Shown piece after piece: positions 1 through 13,262 of a DNA stretch of 64,000 nucleotides. Origin of the DNA: Lingula anatina. Lineage: Eukaryota; Animalia; Brachiopoda. Position 1 is the first letter of the stretch; every line of letters begins with the position of its first letter. The notes under the pieces were generated by a model. That model was not told where the DNA came from. It ran no database searches and was given only the letters and a program-made list of their open reading frames with translations. The stretch lies in assembly GCA_051362555.1 (NCBI GenBank), contig CM120641.1, positions 31,192,401-31,256,400 of the forward strand. Direction: 5' to 3'. The translations under genes and the position numbers were made by a program.

Positions 1-1682
1 TTTCTTCCAGAGATACTCCCATCTCCACCAGGCCATGCAGGAGGGAGGGTTGCACTGGCTTGGGGCGTGCCTCTGGGAGATCTGGTGCGGTTGAGAGCTT
101 GGCCCCAGGGAGAGTGGCACCGAGTAACAGCTGTGTCACATCTTGACGTCTCTCCCTTTGGTGATACCTGAAGCCAGTAAACAGTCATATGTTCAATTGA
201 CAATTGCAACCATTTTTTTCAGTTTGTTTCAATATCAATGCAAACCTCACTATTTCTGTATGGTACTCAATGGAATTGTAATAAGAAGTTTTCCTACATA
301 CATATTTAACATTTATTTCTAAATTTTTGATGTCATTCCCAAAACCTTTTGATCCAGATAAACAGCACAGCAAAATTATATTTTCTGTATCATCATAACC
401 AATAAAAACAAAATTCATAGGACAGATAGGTATTTTTGCTATAAGTAAAACTTGCAGATATATCTTTTCGTGTGAATGTAGAAAACAAAATAGATCCAAT
501 TTATTGAAAAACTACATGATCCAATAAATAGTTTGCACATAGATTCAGTATCATTTTGATCAAGATAATCAGCTCATTTCCTTATATCGTTTCCTTCCAT
601 ATGACAGCCCTAACAATAAGTACAAATTTAAAGCTTATTACACTTCATGCTTTAGATAAAGTCCACGTCTAAAAGAGACAAAATCAAGTTAAATTGGTAA
701 ACCTAACACTCACCAAGAACGTAAGGTGGCATTGTTGATGGGCGGCAGCACTAAATTGGTGCGCTCCATTAGGTGACCATTGCCCAGGACTGCCTGGCTG
801 ATTAAGGTGTAGGTGTCTACGACCTTATTCCATCCAGTAACATGCCCTCTCTTCCTAGGTTTTCTAAACTTGGCACATAGTTTTATACAAAGTCCCTCGA
901 CAATTCTGTTGATGGCAGGAGAAGCCGCAGGTACCCCTGCACCCAGAAAACTTCTGAAATGTAATAAAACTTGTCCATCACATTTTGAAGATGGCCATGA
1001 TTATTCTTCATCCAACAGGCTGGAAACATTTTTTTTTTACAATTCTATGAGTTCTATACTAAGACCTTGTTATTGTGGTTGCTATAGATTATTTTCCAAA
1101 AAGTTATGAAAGTTTACCTTCTTGTTCTCTCCACATCTGGAGACACAGTGGATTTGGACTTCCCCTTTTTGAATCTTCCAGACAGGGCAGACTGTTGTTC
1201 TATGTATGGCCGAGGAGTCCTTTGTTTATCATAATCATCCAGGTCATCATACAACATGATGCACATCATTACATCATCAGGGGTGAGAGACATCTCTGTG
1301 AAGTTGAGAAGGTGATTCGTCAGCCTGTCCACCTTGTCCCAACCTGGAATCCCTCTCCAGTCCACACTTGACTTTTATCAAAAGAAAAAATAAATCATTA
1401 TACATCATCATCAAAAGCGATAAGGAATCATTTTGTTAAGACTGCCTGTTTAGTAACAAGCTAAGGCTAACTCCATAACAAAAGGCAACTTGCATTCATG
1501 TATGCCTGTCTAAAAACACTTAGATGTCATCAGTTCAATATGTCAGCTGCTGATGCTTTACCAAAATTTTGTGTGTCATGAAGTGAATTATTATTAAAAT
1601 ATTTCATTTAATTTCATTTGTATAACCTAACAACTGTTTCAAACTGTAGGCAAAGCAAAACAGTTATATTATCTATTCTTAC

Positions 1683-2470
1683 CAAGAGACTAGACCAGCT
1701 TTCCTGTTCTTCCTCTGGGAGACTAGACCGGCTTTCCTGTTCTTCCTCCGGGATGGGAAACTGTAGGATTAAAAAAAAACATTTGTGGACCTAAAGCATC
1801 TTGATATTATTTCAATAATATTATTTCAATATCTATTTAGTGGAAAACACCATTTTTCAGTGTAGCTTTCATATACCAAGACAGTTTGATAAGATTATTT
1901 TCACAAAAACAATTAGTAAGGTAACTGTTAACAAAAGAAGTTGTATTTATCTATTCTTACCAAGAGACTAGACCGGCTTTCCTGTTCTTCCTCCGGGATG
2001 GGAAACTGAAGGATTAAAAAAAAACCATTTGTGGACCTAAAGCATCTTGATATTATTTCAATAATATTATTTCAATATCTATTTAGTGGAAAACACCATT
2101 TTTCAGTGTAGCTTTCACATACCAAGACAGCTTGATAAGATTATTTTCACAAATACAATTAGTTGGGTAACTGTTAACAAAAGAAGTTGTATTTATCTAT
2201 TCTTACCAAGAGACTAGACCGGCTTTCCTGTTCTTCCTCCAGGATGGGAAACTGGAGGATTGAAAAAATAAACATCAGGGACCTAAAGCATTTTGATATT
2301 ATTTCAATAATATTATTTCAATATCTATTTGGTGGAAAACACAATTTTTCTTTAGTGTAGCTTTCATATACCAAGAGACAGTTTGATACGATTATTTTCG
2401 CAAATACAATTAGTTGGGTAACTGTTAACAAAAAAAGTTGTATTTATCTATTCTTACCAAGAGACTAGAC
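1683..2470 (-). repeat. Tandem array (about 246-251 bp unit) of intron plus 45-bp microexon encoding FPI(P/L)EEEQESRSSLL
   Basis: cag|TTTCCCATCCCGGAGGAAGAACAGGAAAGCCGGTCTAGTCTCTTG|gtaag at 1961-2005, with a one-base variant at 2207-2251. A 78-bp variant lies at 1683-1760 and a partial copy ends at 2458. Confidence 0.9.
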
Positions 2471-4173
2471 CACTTTGAGCACACGCCCAAACACTGATGT
2501 CAGCTGCCCCTTTACATACTCAATCCTGTCAAGGGCATCATTCCTCAAACAGGTCACTAGCCAGTGGGCATCATGCATCTGAGGGGGTGGTGGAAGAGGA
2601 CCATAAGCAGCTGGCCTAGCATACTGCAAGATCCCTGTTGTGGCCAAACTAATGTGCTGCTTGCAGTCACTAAGGTACATGATGGCCTTCCTCATCCATT
2701 CTTCAGAGTGGAGCTCTTGAAGGGTGTTCTGTAGTTGATTAGAACTGTTTCCCAGAGTCCGTGATCTCAGAAGTTTGACAACCTTTTTGTCAATGGCCAG
2801 CTTCTGGGTCAAAATAGCTGGAAAAATCAATCGGTGCCCTTCATCCAACTGGCTCAGGATAACATCTGACCACCCCATGGTGGTCATTTGGGGGATACAC
2901 TGTACACATTCAAAATACTCAGTCATCAAATAATATTTACAATCCACATCTACCACTTCTCGCAGCCTGTTGTAAATGCCCTTTCTGGTGAGCCTACTGC
3001 CGCAGCGGTTGCACTTAAGTGGGATCTGGAACATTCGCCCCAGTGACCAAACAAACATCTTTTGCAAAAAAGTATGAGTCTGGATTAGGTGCACCGTAAT
3101 TTCGGGGTGACAGAAGAGGAGGCTGTGGTGGGTGCTGCCAACAGTCTAGTTGATCAATTCTGATCACACCCGTGGACGTGTACAACCTGTCAGATATCCA
3201 CCCCATATCTCTGGCAGCCATAACGTTTTTCCAGTACTTGGGAAGAAAGTGCTCCTTGCTTGTTGTCTGAGCCTGTTGATGTAAAATATCTTCATACATT
3301 TTGAGAGAAAGCAAAAGTAATGTGCAGTCTTAAGAAAAAATTAACAAAACTTGGAAAATTGCATTCAGAGTATATTATATTGTATAACCATTGTTACCAA
3401 GTTAATTCTTTTAAATTTGATTAATGTTACTTAATAATAAGATGAAAACTCCAGAAAAATACACTACACATGTTTCCTATGGTTAAAAAATGCTTTAACT
3501 TTTCTCTTATAGAATAAGTACATACTCTTTCAAGTTCAATTGTGGGTCTTAGGGGAGGTTCTGCTGAAGGGGGGATTTCTCTGGACAGATCCTAAAAAAA
3601 AAAAAAAAAGAAAATTAAAAATACAATTTGATTTACAATAAGGCTAGTGCCACATGGGAATGGATGCAAGCTTTTTCACAAGCTAAAATAAAAATTCACT
3701 TCGGTGTGATTTTTTAATGCAAAGTTTACAATGTTTACTCCTGTTCTGTAACTCTTAAAACTATGCTGATTTTCAAGAATATTTTCAAAGTAAACTGCTT
3801 TGAGCAATGCTAACCTGATATGTCACAATTCTTCAACTACAAAAGCAGGGATGAGGAATGATTCTAAAGAAGACTATGCTATTCAACCTTCAAACCACTT
3901 GGCTGATTTTTAACTAGTTATTTCCATTTACCTCAGAAATGCAAGAGCTTCCTGAGCTGACATCTGGGGCATCTCGACCAGATTGAAGGAAAAAACTTAT
4001 AATCTATAGAAAAAAGAATTTCAAACTAAAATGAAAGAGCAATGCTACAAGAATATATCTTACAACACCTTATCCTAGAAAATCAGGTAAACTCCTATAA
4101 AAAATAGCACTGTGCTTCTAAATCATCTTCGTCTTAATTGTTGATAAACTTAGTTAATTTTAATTCAATTTAC

Positions 4174-4566
4174 CTGTGCAACACGAGAGACTCCTGAACT
4201 GACACCTGGGACATCTCTAGGCTGTGAGCTGACATGTGGGACGTCTCGACCAGAACTGACACCTGGGACATCTCTGGGCTGTGAGCTGACATGGGGGACA
4301 TCTCGGCTAGAAGTGACACCTGGGACATCTCTGGGCTGTGAACTGACATGGGGGACATCTCGGCTAGAGGTGACACCTGGGACGTCTCTGGGCTGTGAAC
4401 TGACATGGGGGACATCTCTGCTAGAAGTGACACCTGGGACATCTCTGGGCTGTGAACTGACATGGGGGACATCTCGGCTAGAAGTGACACCTGGGACATC
4501 TCTGGGCTGTGAACTGACATGGGGGACATCTCGGCTAGAAGTGACACCTGGGACATCTCTACCAGA
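4174..4566 (-). repeat. Coding minisatellite exon, 57-bp unit (RDVPGVTSSRDVPHVSSQP)n
   Basis: 393-bp phase-0 exon bounded by cag/gt, with a 57-bp periodicity made of 27+30-bp subunits. Confidence 0.9.
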
Positions 4567-5989
4567 CTGAAGTAAAAAACATATTTTATGCTTTAACATT
4601 AAACAAAAGAACAGAAGTACGTAGACATCTGACAAGATCATACAATATTTTGTCATAGACAATGATAAATGATTTTCTGTTCTTAATTCCTCTCAGTGTA
4701 CATGATATTGGTATTTCTTATTAATTATAATATTTAAAATACAAATAATAAATATAGTGTTTAAAGAACATCATATGTATCTGTGATAAGACAGTATCAC
4801 TTTATAAAGTCATTTTATTTTATCAGTATACCAAAATAATATTTATGGTTCTCATGGTCCATAAAACTGCCATAATTTTTTGAGGCAGAGGGATTATTGC
4901 ATTAACAGAGATAATAAAACACTTAACAGACACTAAATAGCACAAGTTCTAGAAAGTCAAGCACTCAATTGCATTACCTGTTCCTCTACCACTGTAGGCT
5001 GCTCCTGTAATGCTGTTTCTTCTGGAATCTGCAAAAAATAAGTTGACAGTAAAATAGTTGAAAGTTGTTGTTTGCTTTTCAATGTATTAGAAGTTTCTAA
5101 AGGAATAATACATGTAGTTACATCTGAAAATCTAATTTATTTAATATGAAGACAGAAACAAGGTTATAAATCAAATATCAAACAAACCATCTATGTAGAA
5201 AATAATCGTCATTCATCTTACCTGTAATAATTTTCTTCTTGATGGGATATTCGGTATGGCAGCTCCACTTCTACGTCCACCAAATCTTGGAGATAAAGGT
5301 TTCCCATATTTTAGTGCTAACTGTACAGCCTTTCAAACAAAGTAAAGCAAAAAAGCATGATGAGCACCATTCCTCAATCAAATTTTTATTTATTACTTAT
5401 AATTTTTCAGCTTGCAATTTGTGTGAAAAAAAAAAAAAAACAGCAGAGAACTGATATTTCACTGAAGGGCACACGCAAGGAAACTGCCTATCACATAACA
5501 AATATTATTGAAACAGACATACATTATTTTTGATAATGCAAGGTTTAAGTGAAAAATAGCATTTGAAACATATAATGGAAATAAGACACCATCATTCACA
5601 AAATTCAGAGGACTTGCAGATTTCCTGTAATGCCATTCCTTTGGACTTTTATTTGTTCAAACATTCTTCCCATGTCTGTAGTAGGTGTAATCATTCTTAA
5701 ATCATCTACTTAATGTTAACCATATAATTACCTTTAAATAAGAACTCATTTACACTTGAGCCAACTTACTTGTGCAACTGGAGAGCTTCCTGGAGTGACA
5801 CCTGGGACGTCTCGACCAGACTGAAGAAAAAAAGTATTCAATGCTTTTAACTTAAACTAAAGACCAATGTGACAAGAATATCTTATAAAACACTTTGTAC
5901 TTTCTCCTCTCCCTATAAGTAGCATGCCTTGTGCATCAAATTATTTTGCCAATAAACAACTCTATTTTACATGAGCAACATAAGACCTT

Positions 5990-6230
5990 TCTGAACTGAC
6001 ACTCGGGGCATCTATGTGACTTAAACTGAGACCTGGAACATCTCTGCAGCCTGAACTGGAACTTGGAACATCTCTCTGGCCTAAACTGACACTTGGAACA
6101 TCTCTTCGGCCTAGACTGACACTTGGAACTTCTCTCTGGCCTGAACTGACACTTGGAACATCTCTCTGGCCTGAACTGACACTTGGAACATCTCTCTGGC
6201 CTGAACTGACACTTGGATCATCTCTACCAG
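5990..6230 (-). repeat. 30-bp minisatellite within a paralogous SGRD-type exon
   Basis: Repeats of gacacttggaacatctctctggcctgaact, related to the 4174-4566 unit. Confidence 0.85.
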
Positions 6231-6764
6231 AGTGAAGGAAAAAACAACATTATTTAATCCTTGGCATATGCAAGAATGCTATCTTTTTTTCTATGAAACT
6301 AAAGAATGTAACAAGACCATACTGTCCAATATTTTGGCCTATTAAATGCTATTTTTATATTTTTCAACTTTCTATAAGTAGTACTGAGCAACTAATTTTC
6401 ATTGTTAATTAACCCACAGTTAATTAAAATTATTTCATTTACCTGAGCAATAGGAGAGACTCCTGAACTTACTCTTGGGACATCTCTTCCAGACTGAAAA
6501 ATTAATGATTAAATTATATTAAAATGCAATTTTAAAGTAAAATTTCATAGCAGTACTACAAGAACTTATCTCAAATTCCTTATACTAGAATATCAATGAT
6601 TTATTTGTCGAAGCACCAAAATTCTAATTATTCTGCTAATAAACTAATATTATAAAATATAACTCATTCTATTTTACCTGAGCAGCAGGTGAGCTTACTC
6701 TACTGGAACTTGGCACATCTCTTTGGCCTGAACTGGCACTTGGCACATCAGTTTGGGACTAGTT

Positions 6765-6801
<37 letters not shown>

Positions 6802-7122
6802 TGTTTCATTAGGTTTTACTGATAGCATGTGAAAAGTGGACATAAAAAGGAAATTTGCACAGTATTCCTATATGTTTATTCTAATTCCTATTTATAATTC
6901 ATTGTTTTATTCACACAATTGTAAAAAAAATTAATTCTTGATAATTAATATATTTTAGTAAAGCACTGATTGTTTTATAGTACAAGATGTTCCTATCAAA
7001 CAGCAAATTGTAATTGATTTAAATATTTAATAAAAAAAAATATGTCAATATATCCTCCCAAATTCATTCTGGACCTTATTCTTTAATTTTTTTTACAGAA
7101 ACAACAAGCACCAAAAGAAAAA

Positions 7123-7224
<102 letters not shown>

Positions 7225-7676
7225 CTTTTTCTTTTTCTAACCCATGACAGAATCATAGGACAATTAGAAATGTTTATGAGAGGACATGACAGATATTAAA
7301 ATTCAGCACTTCATACTTGCTGTTATTTATTGAACGAAAGTTCATTTCAATTAAAAAAATTAACTGTTAACCATTTTTTTCAAGATATATGCCCAGATTA
7401 ACCTTAATATATTTAGAAGTGGGGGTAAATTGAGGGCCAGGTAAATTGAATGCTGTCAGACTCATTTATAGAAAACACAAAGTGACTTAGAGAATTTAAA
7501 GATATTTGGTAAACAAGGCAGCAAAGCTGTCAAATGTACAGACAAAAAACAGAAAATAAAGATGCAAAAAAAAAGGTCATTTTGTCAATTTTGATGCAAT
7601 AATAAATAATGCTTATAATAGCACTGTCAGTCAACACTGAATTTTAATCATGCACAACAGGTAACATGGTCAATAA

Positions 7677-7839
7677 CAGGAGCAGATCCAGAGATATTTT
7701 CTGACAGTTTTCCAAAGTATCTATGTTGATCCATCCTCCATTTTGATGGTCTTCCAACAGAAAAAAAATAGATAGCAGTCAATATAAACTTAATAACTTG
7801 TCTTCCGGAAGACCCAGAAGATGGTCTCAATCCACCCCT
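7677..7839. mobile_element. Small hAT-like MITE
   Basis: Ends caggagcagatcc...aatccacccct, flanked by duplicated tcaataa. The paralogous HINE segment near 61750 (ggtcaataagattacag) lacks it. Confidence 0.65.
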
Positions 7840-8052
7840 TCAATAAGATTACAGTTTCAGGACCATGAGAGACCAAAGTCACATGATGAAAGTCTCAATA
7901 TTTGAAAAATAATATTATATAATGTTTAAAGACATAAAAAACAATACAATTGCTTATATGTGGAAATACAGAAAATGTGCAGAGCCTATGATGAGAGATA
8001 AAAGTCACAAATGCAAGTGTTTGAGAAAAAATTGTAAAGGAAAACATAACAA

Positions 8053-8287
8053 AACTAGAAAACCACAGAGAGTGCAGACCTCTGCCAAGGCAGCAATTGT
8101 TGATTATTATTGATTATTGATTGATTATTGAGCCAGACCACCACTAAAAACTAATCATTGTCCTCTTTGGCCCAATTCTGACAGTTCCTGAAAATTTCAG
8201 CAAAATTGGTCCATAACTTTTTGAGTTATGTTCATGACAGACAAACAGGGGTGAAAATATAACCTCCTTGGCAGAGCCTGAGGTAAA
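8053..8287 (-). mobile_element. Short HINE/DINE-like element
   Basis: aactag end, subterminal inverted repeats ctctgccaagg / ccttggcagag, gacagacaaac microsatellite and aaatataacctccttggc terminus. Confidence 0.65.
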
Positions 8288-8397
8288 TATAATTTCAATG
8301 AAGCTGCTATTCAAACTTTTAATCTTTGATTATATATATTATCAATTGATGCAGGTTAATATATATAATAATTATGCAGGTTATATATATATATATA

Positions 8398-9782
8398 CAC
8401 ACACTGGACAAAAGAAGTGTCACCCCCTAACTCAGAGTAATGAAAGTAGGCAGATCTTGGGTACTTATAATGCCTGGTCTACTTATAATGTGACTAATGA
8501 GTATAAAACCGCTATACCATGGAATTGTATTGTTGGTCTTGTACATGTACAGCAAATGTTATTCCTGTCTTCCTCCAGTATGGCAAGATACAGGTAATTA
8601 TATAACGGTTATAGGTGCAAGTTATTAACCTGAAGAGGCGGAATATAAGCAATGTCAGAATATGGATACAATTGAATTGTTCAGTCGGAACCATGCAGAG
8701 GGTCTGGTCTCGGTATAGAAACACTGGATCAAGAGACAAATTGCCTCTGATGGGTCGTCCAAGAAAAAATACTGGCCGTGAAGGCCGACGACTGATTTTG
8801 ATGTCCAGGTTGTCAAAGTTCGACACTGCTTGTCAGTTGACAACACAGTGGAACAATTTCACACATAAGAATATGTCTGTGAAAATTGCTAGGCGTCGGT
8901 TACATGCTCAGAGAGTGTACAGCAGGGTAGCAAGACTGAAACCTCTTATATCGTTAAAAAACAGGCAACGTAGAGTAAACTAGGGTCAACAGGATCTGGA
9001 ACTGGACAGTTCATGACAATTGGTCCTATATATTTTTTCTGATGAGTGTCGCTTTGGTCTGATCTCTGATGACAGACGGGTACTATGCTGGCAAACTGCT
9101 GGTAAAGCATTTGAACCACATGCACTGAATTTTCGAACCCAGAGCAGCATATTCATCATGGTGTGGGGCTGCATCAGCATCCATGGCTTGGGCGAATTGA
9201 TAGTGGTTAATGGAAACATGAATAACTAGAAATATATCGATGTTTTGGAGTCAGGCTTGCTACCATCTATTACTAACATGTTTGGTGAAAGGAATTATCC
9301 ATCTGTTCACCAGGATGACAATGCTCCTTGTCACAGGCCCAGAGCAGTTGATGATTGGTTTGACCAACAGGACATTCGCAGGGTGATGTGGCCTGCCCAG
9401 AGTCCGGATATAAACATAATAGAAAATGTGTGGAATGATATGTCAAAACTTTTTACAAATGCCCGTCTAACCAGCAGAGAAACTCTGTTATATTCAGTGT
9501 TTCATGCTTGGGCCAGCATAAGCCCTGAACGCATCAGACAATTAAATGAATCCTTGCTTCGTAGACTGGCACCTATTATTAGGTCACGTGGCTATGCCAC
9601 TAAGTACTAATTTTGGACTTGAAACTACATATTTTGGTAGAATGTATATTTTGTTCTCATTTTGTGATTTTTTTGTGAAATTTGATGTTAATAAAATGAT
9701 ACCAGGAGCATATCATTCCACAGTCATTTATCTCCCCCATAGTATTGGCTCAGTAGGGGACACTTCTTTTGTCCAGTATGTG
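8398..9782 (+). mobile_element. Tc1-like DNA transposon, full length, defective
   Basis: TIRs cacacactggacaaaagaagtgtc / gacacttcttttgtccagtatgtg with TA on both flanks; 1.39 kb. Confidence 0.93.
8580..9610 (+). pseudogene. Tc1 DD34E transposase pseudogene
   Basis: GRPRK, IFSDECRF, MVWGCIS, HQDDNAPCH and WPAQSPDINIIENVW motifs; several stop codons and a frameshift. Confidence 0.93.
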
Positions 9783-12700
9783 TATATATAATAACCTGCA
9801 TAATTATCACTGCTTCCTTATTATTAATCTAGCAGAGAGCTTAACTTTTGGGAGTTTACAAGGAAATATCAACAAGTGTGCTTTATGTAATCTCCTTTAA
9901 TGGCCTATCAATTAGGCAAATGGCTTTATAACTCAGAAATTAGCTAAGTGATACCCAAGGGATATTAACAGACTGACCCTCTCAAAGGTCTTTCAGGCCC
10001 ATAAGTCACATCTTAAGAAAAGCACAAAACAATAATGCACAAAATAGGAGACTACCAATTCTGATGCAATAATACATTACGTTTTACTGCACAGTCAACA
10101 TCAAATTTTAATTATGCACAACAGGTAACAACGACGGAAGTAAAAGCATAATGCTTCAGGCCCATCAGAGTGCAAGTTTATACTTAAAAAGTGACAGAAT
10201 GAGAAAAATGAAAATTTCACACAAAATTGCATAAATTCAATAATAAATGATAACCCAATTGACCTGGCTTTCTAATTTGAACTGCATGCCAATCCTAAAA
10301 TCATACTTGTAAGTTAAAAATAATAATAAGTAACACTAATGTTTGCAGTAGCAATGCAAAAATATTGTTGTCAATTTTGATGTAACATTACATAATAAAT
10401 TATACAATAATTATCACCAATTTTTGATTTAATATTGACAATAAATAGCATGGACATGTAGAAAATTTGATTACCATTCGGCTTCATGTCCATGGGAGCT
10501 CCGAGTCCCACAATGAATATGCCAAAAAGATAATGAATATTTTACTCAAATGTATAACTTCCAGAAAAAGAAACCAATTAGACTGCTTTTCCAACTCATT
10601 CTGCATTTTAGTCCTGTGTTTGTTTTTTTAAAGGTTTGACAGTCATAACACAGTTTTCCCATAATGGTCATCATGGCAGCAGCACCAAAAATTGTGTTTT
10701 CTTCTATTTTGATGCAACATTACATAATGCTTAACAGCATAATGACCATCAATTTTTAATAATAGAATATAAGTAACATGGACATTCAGAAAACGTGACA
10801 AGCAAAGTTCTTCAGGATCATGGAACTTTAAAGTCACACCTTGAAAATGCCAATATGTGAAAAATTAAATTTTCACCAAAAACTGTTTAACTGCCAGAAA
10901 AAATTACCAAACAGACTGCATTGCCTTCTGAAGCTGTATTTCAGCCCCATGTTTCTTTCCTGTAAGTTTGAAAACAGTAAGTGACATGGTTTTTCTTAAA
11001 TGGTCATCATGAGAGCAGTGCCCAAAATAGGTGTTTCTTCAAATTTTGATGCAATATTACATAATGTTTAACAGCATAATGACCATCAATTTTTAATAAT
11101 AGAATATTAGTAACATGAACATTCAGAAAATGTGACTAGCAAAGGTCTGCAGGCTCATGGAACTTCAAAGTCACACCTTGAAAATGCCAATATGTGAAAA
11201 ATTAAATTTTCACCAAAAACTGTTTAACTGCCAGAATAAATTACCAAACAGACTGCATTGCCTACTGAAGCTGTATTTCAGCCCTATGTTTCTTTCCTGT
11301 AAGTTTGAAAACAGTAAGTGACATGGTTTTTCTTAAATGGTCATCATGGGAGCAGTGTCCAAAATAGGGGTTTCTTCAAATTTTGATGCAATATTACATA
11401 ATGTTTAACAGCATTATGACCATCAATTTTTAATCATAAAATATTAGTATAATGGATATTCAGAAAATGTGACTAGCAAAGGTCTGCAGGCTCATGGAAC
11501 TTCAAAGTCACATCTTAAAAATGCCAAAATGTAAACAAGACAGCACTGTTCTGAAATGGGTTTATTTCCATTTTTAACACTTTTTTTAACATAAAACAAA
11601 ATAAACAGTTTGTTGCCATTTTTATATGACCAACTAAGAAAATTGCTGAGATGGGAAAAATATCAATAGAACAGTGTTAAATGTCCAATTTCCTCCATTC
11701 TGAAATTCTGAACATAGTGGATGATTGAATCTGACAAACTGCAATGATATGAGTTTATTTCCATTTTTGACACTTTATTACACAATACACGATAAAAAGT
11801 TAACCATCATTTTTACATAATCAATTAACAATGTTGTAAAGATGCAGGAAATATCAAACAAACACTTTTACTTATCTTATTATTTAAATAATGAGACTGT
11901 TAACATGCCTAAGAATTGAATCTGAGGAAATGTGAAAAAACAGCATAACTTCTAAAATAAAGGCCCGATTATGCTGATTTTCGAACTCAACCTGCGTTTT
12001 AGTTAGTTTGACTACTCCTGTGAGTATAATCACAATTGGCCTATCTGTTTTTCTTATATTGTGTTATCAGTGTTGCATATATGCTGAAAAAAGTGAAAAA
12101 AACAGCATAAATTCCCTTAAAATAACCCAAGCATGCTGATTTTCGAACTTCACCTGCATATTATGAATATTCATCAGTTCTGTAAGTTTCAAGCCAAAAA
12201 GTAAAATGGTTTTCCACTTATCATGTTATCGGGGTTGCATATATGCTGAAAAAAGTGAAAAAACAGCATAAATTCCCTAAAAATGACCCCATCATGCTGA
12301 TTTTTGAACTTGACCTGCATATTATGAATATTCATCAGTTCTGTCAGTTTCAATCCAAAAGGTAAAATGGTTTTCCACTTATCGTGTTATCGGTGCTGTA
12401 TATATGCTGAAAAAAGTGAAAAAACAGCATAAATTCCCTAAAAATGACCCAATCATGCTGATTTTCGAACTTGACCTGCGTATTATGAATATTCTGTAAG
12501 TTTCAAGCCAAAAGGTAAAACCATTGTCCACTTATGGTGTTATCGGTAAAAGTGCACGCCAACGGCAACGGCAACAACAGACGCAGGTGACGGCTATATG
12601 TACAGACACATCTGTGTCTGTACATAAAAAGATGGAGCTAAAGAGAAGCCTATTTCAAGGAGCAATATGAAAGAGACAGAGAAAAAAAGCCAGCTCAGTT

Positions 12701-13049
12701 AAGTAGGGCTTATGTTTGCTGACATCATACGACATGAAAATGTTGTCTTGGCTAGTAAGTGAATATCATATCCCATGATACTTAAACGTAACAAAATAAT
12801 GAATATTTAGTCTCATTTTTTCTCTGTAGGTGTGTCCTTATCATCAATCATGCATGTAGTCTATGAACATGTTTTACAATTAAGTTCCCAATAAAGAATT
12901 TATAATCAGTAATTATGAATGACAAGGGTTTTAATTTGGTCATTTCTCATAATTCCCTCTTCAAATGAAGATGGTGTAAAAGCATTTTGTTTAAATGATA
13001 AAGATGTTTATAATTAGACAAGACAGATGAATGGGAATGAATACTAACA

Positions 13050-13262
13050 CCCCATTTCCATAGATTAGATTGACCTACTTTAGATCGACCTAACTCCCTG
13101 GGGGTTCACGCTAAATAGCTGTCAGCCGGGCGGACACAAAAGTTAATTACCCTCTTACTGCTTGTAGTAGGCGGGACGGACATTTAAGTCGGATTATCTG
13201 AAAGTAATCTAGTGAGACTCCCCGCGGGGATAGATCGATCTAAAATCTATGGGAATAGAGCC
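13050..13262. mobile_element. MITE (PIF/Harbinger-like ends)
   Basis: Imperfect terminal IR ccccatttccatagatt / aatctatgggaatagagcc, plus internal inverted segments. Confidence 0.55.

Larger units (their letters stand above)
7511..12627 (-). mobile_element. Non-autonomous Helentron-type element (HINE/DINE-like), family 1, carrying nested insertions
   Basis: Terminal hairpin tatgtacagacacatctgtgtctgtacata at 12597-12626, and the matching subTIR atgtacagaca near 7534 beside a small stem-loop and aaacaag. Internal tandem arrays of about 337 bp (10700-11530) and 162 bp (11920-12545). A second copy starts at about 60115. Confidence 0.7.
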
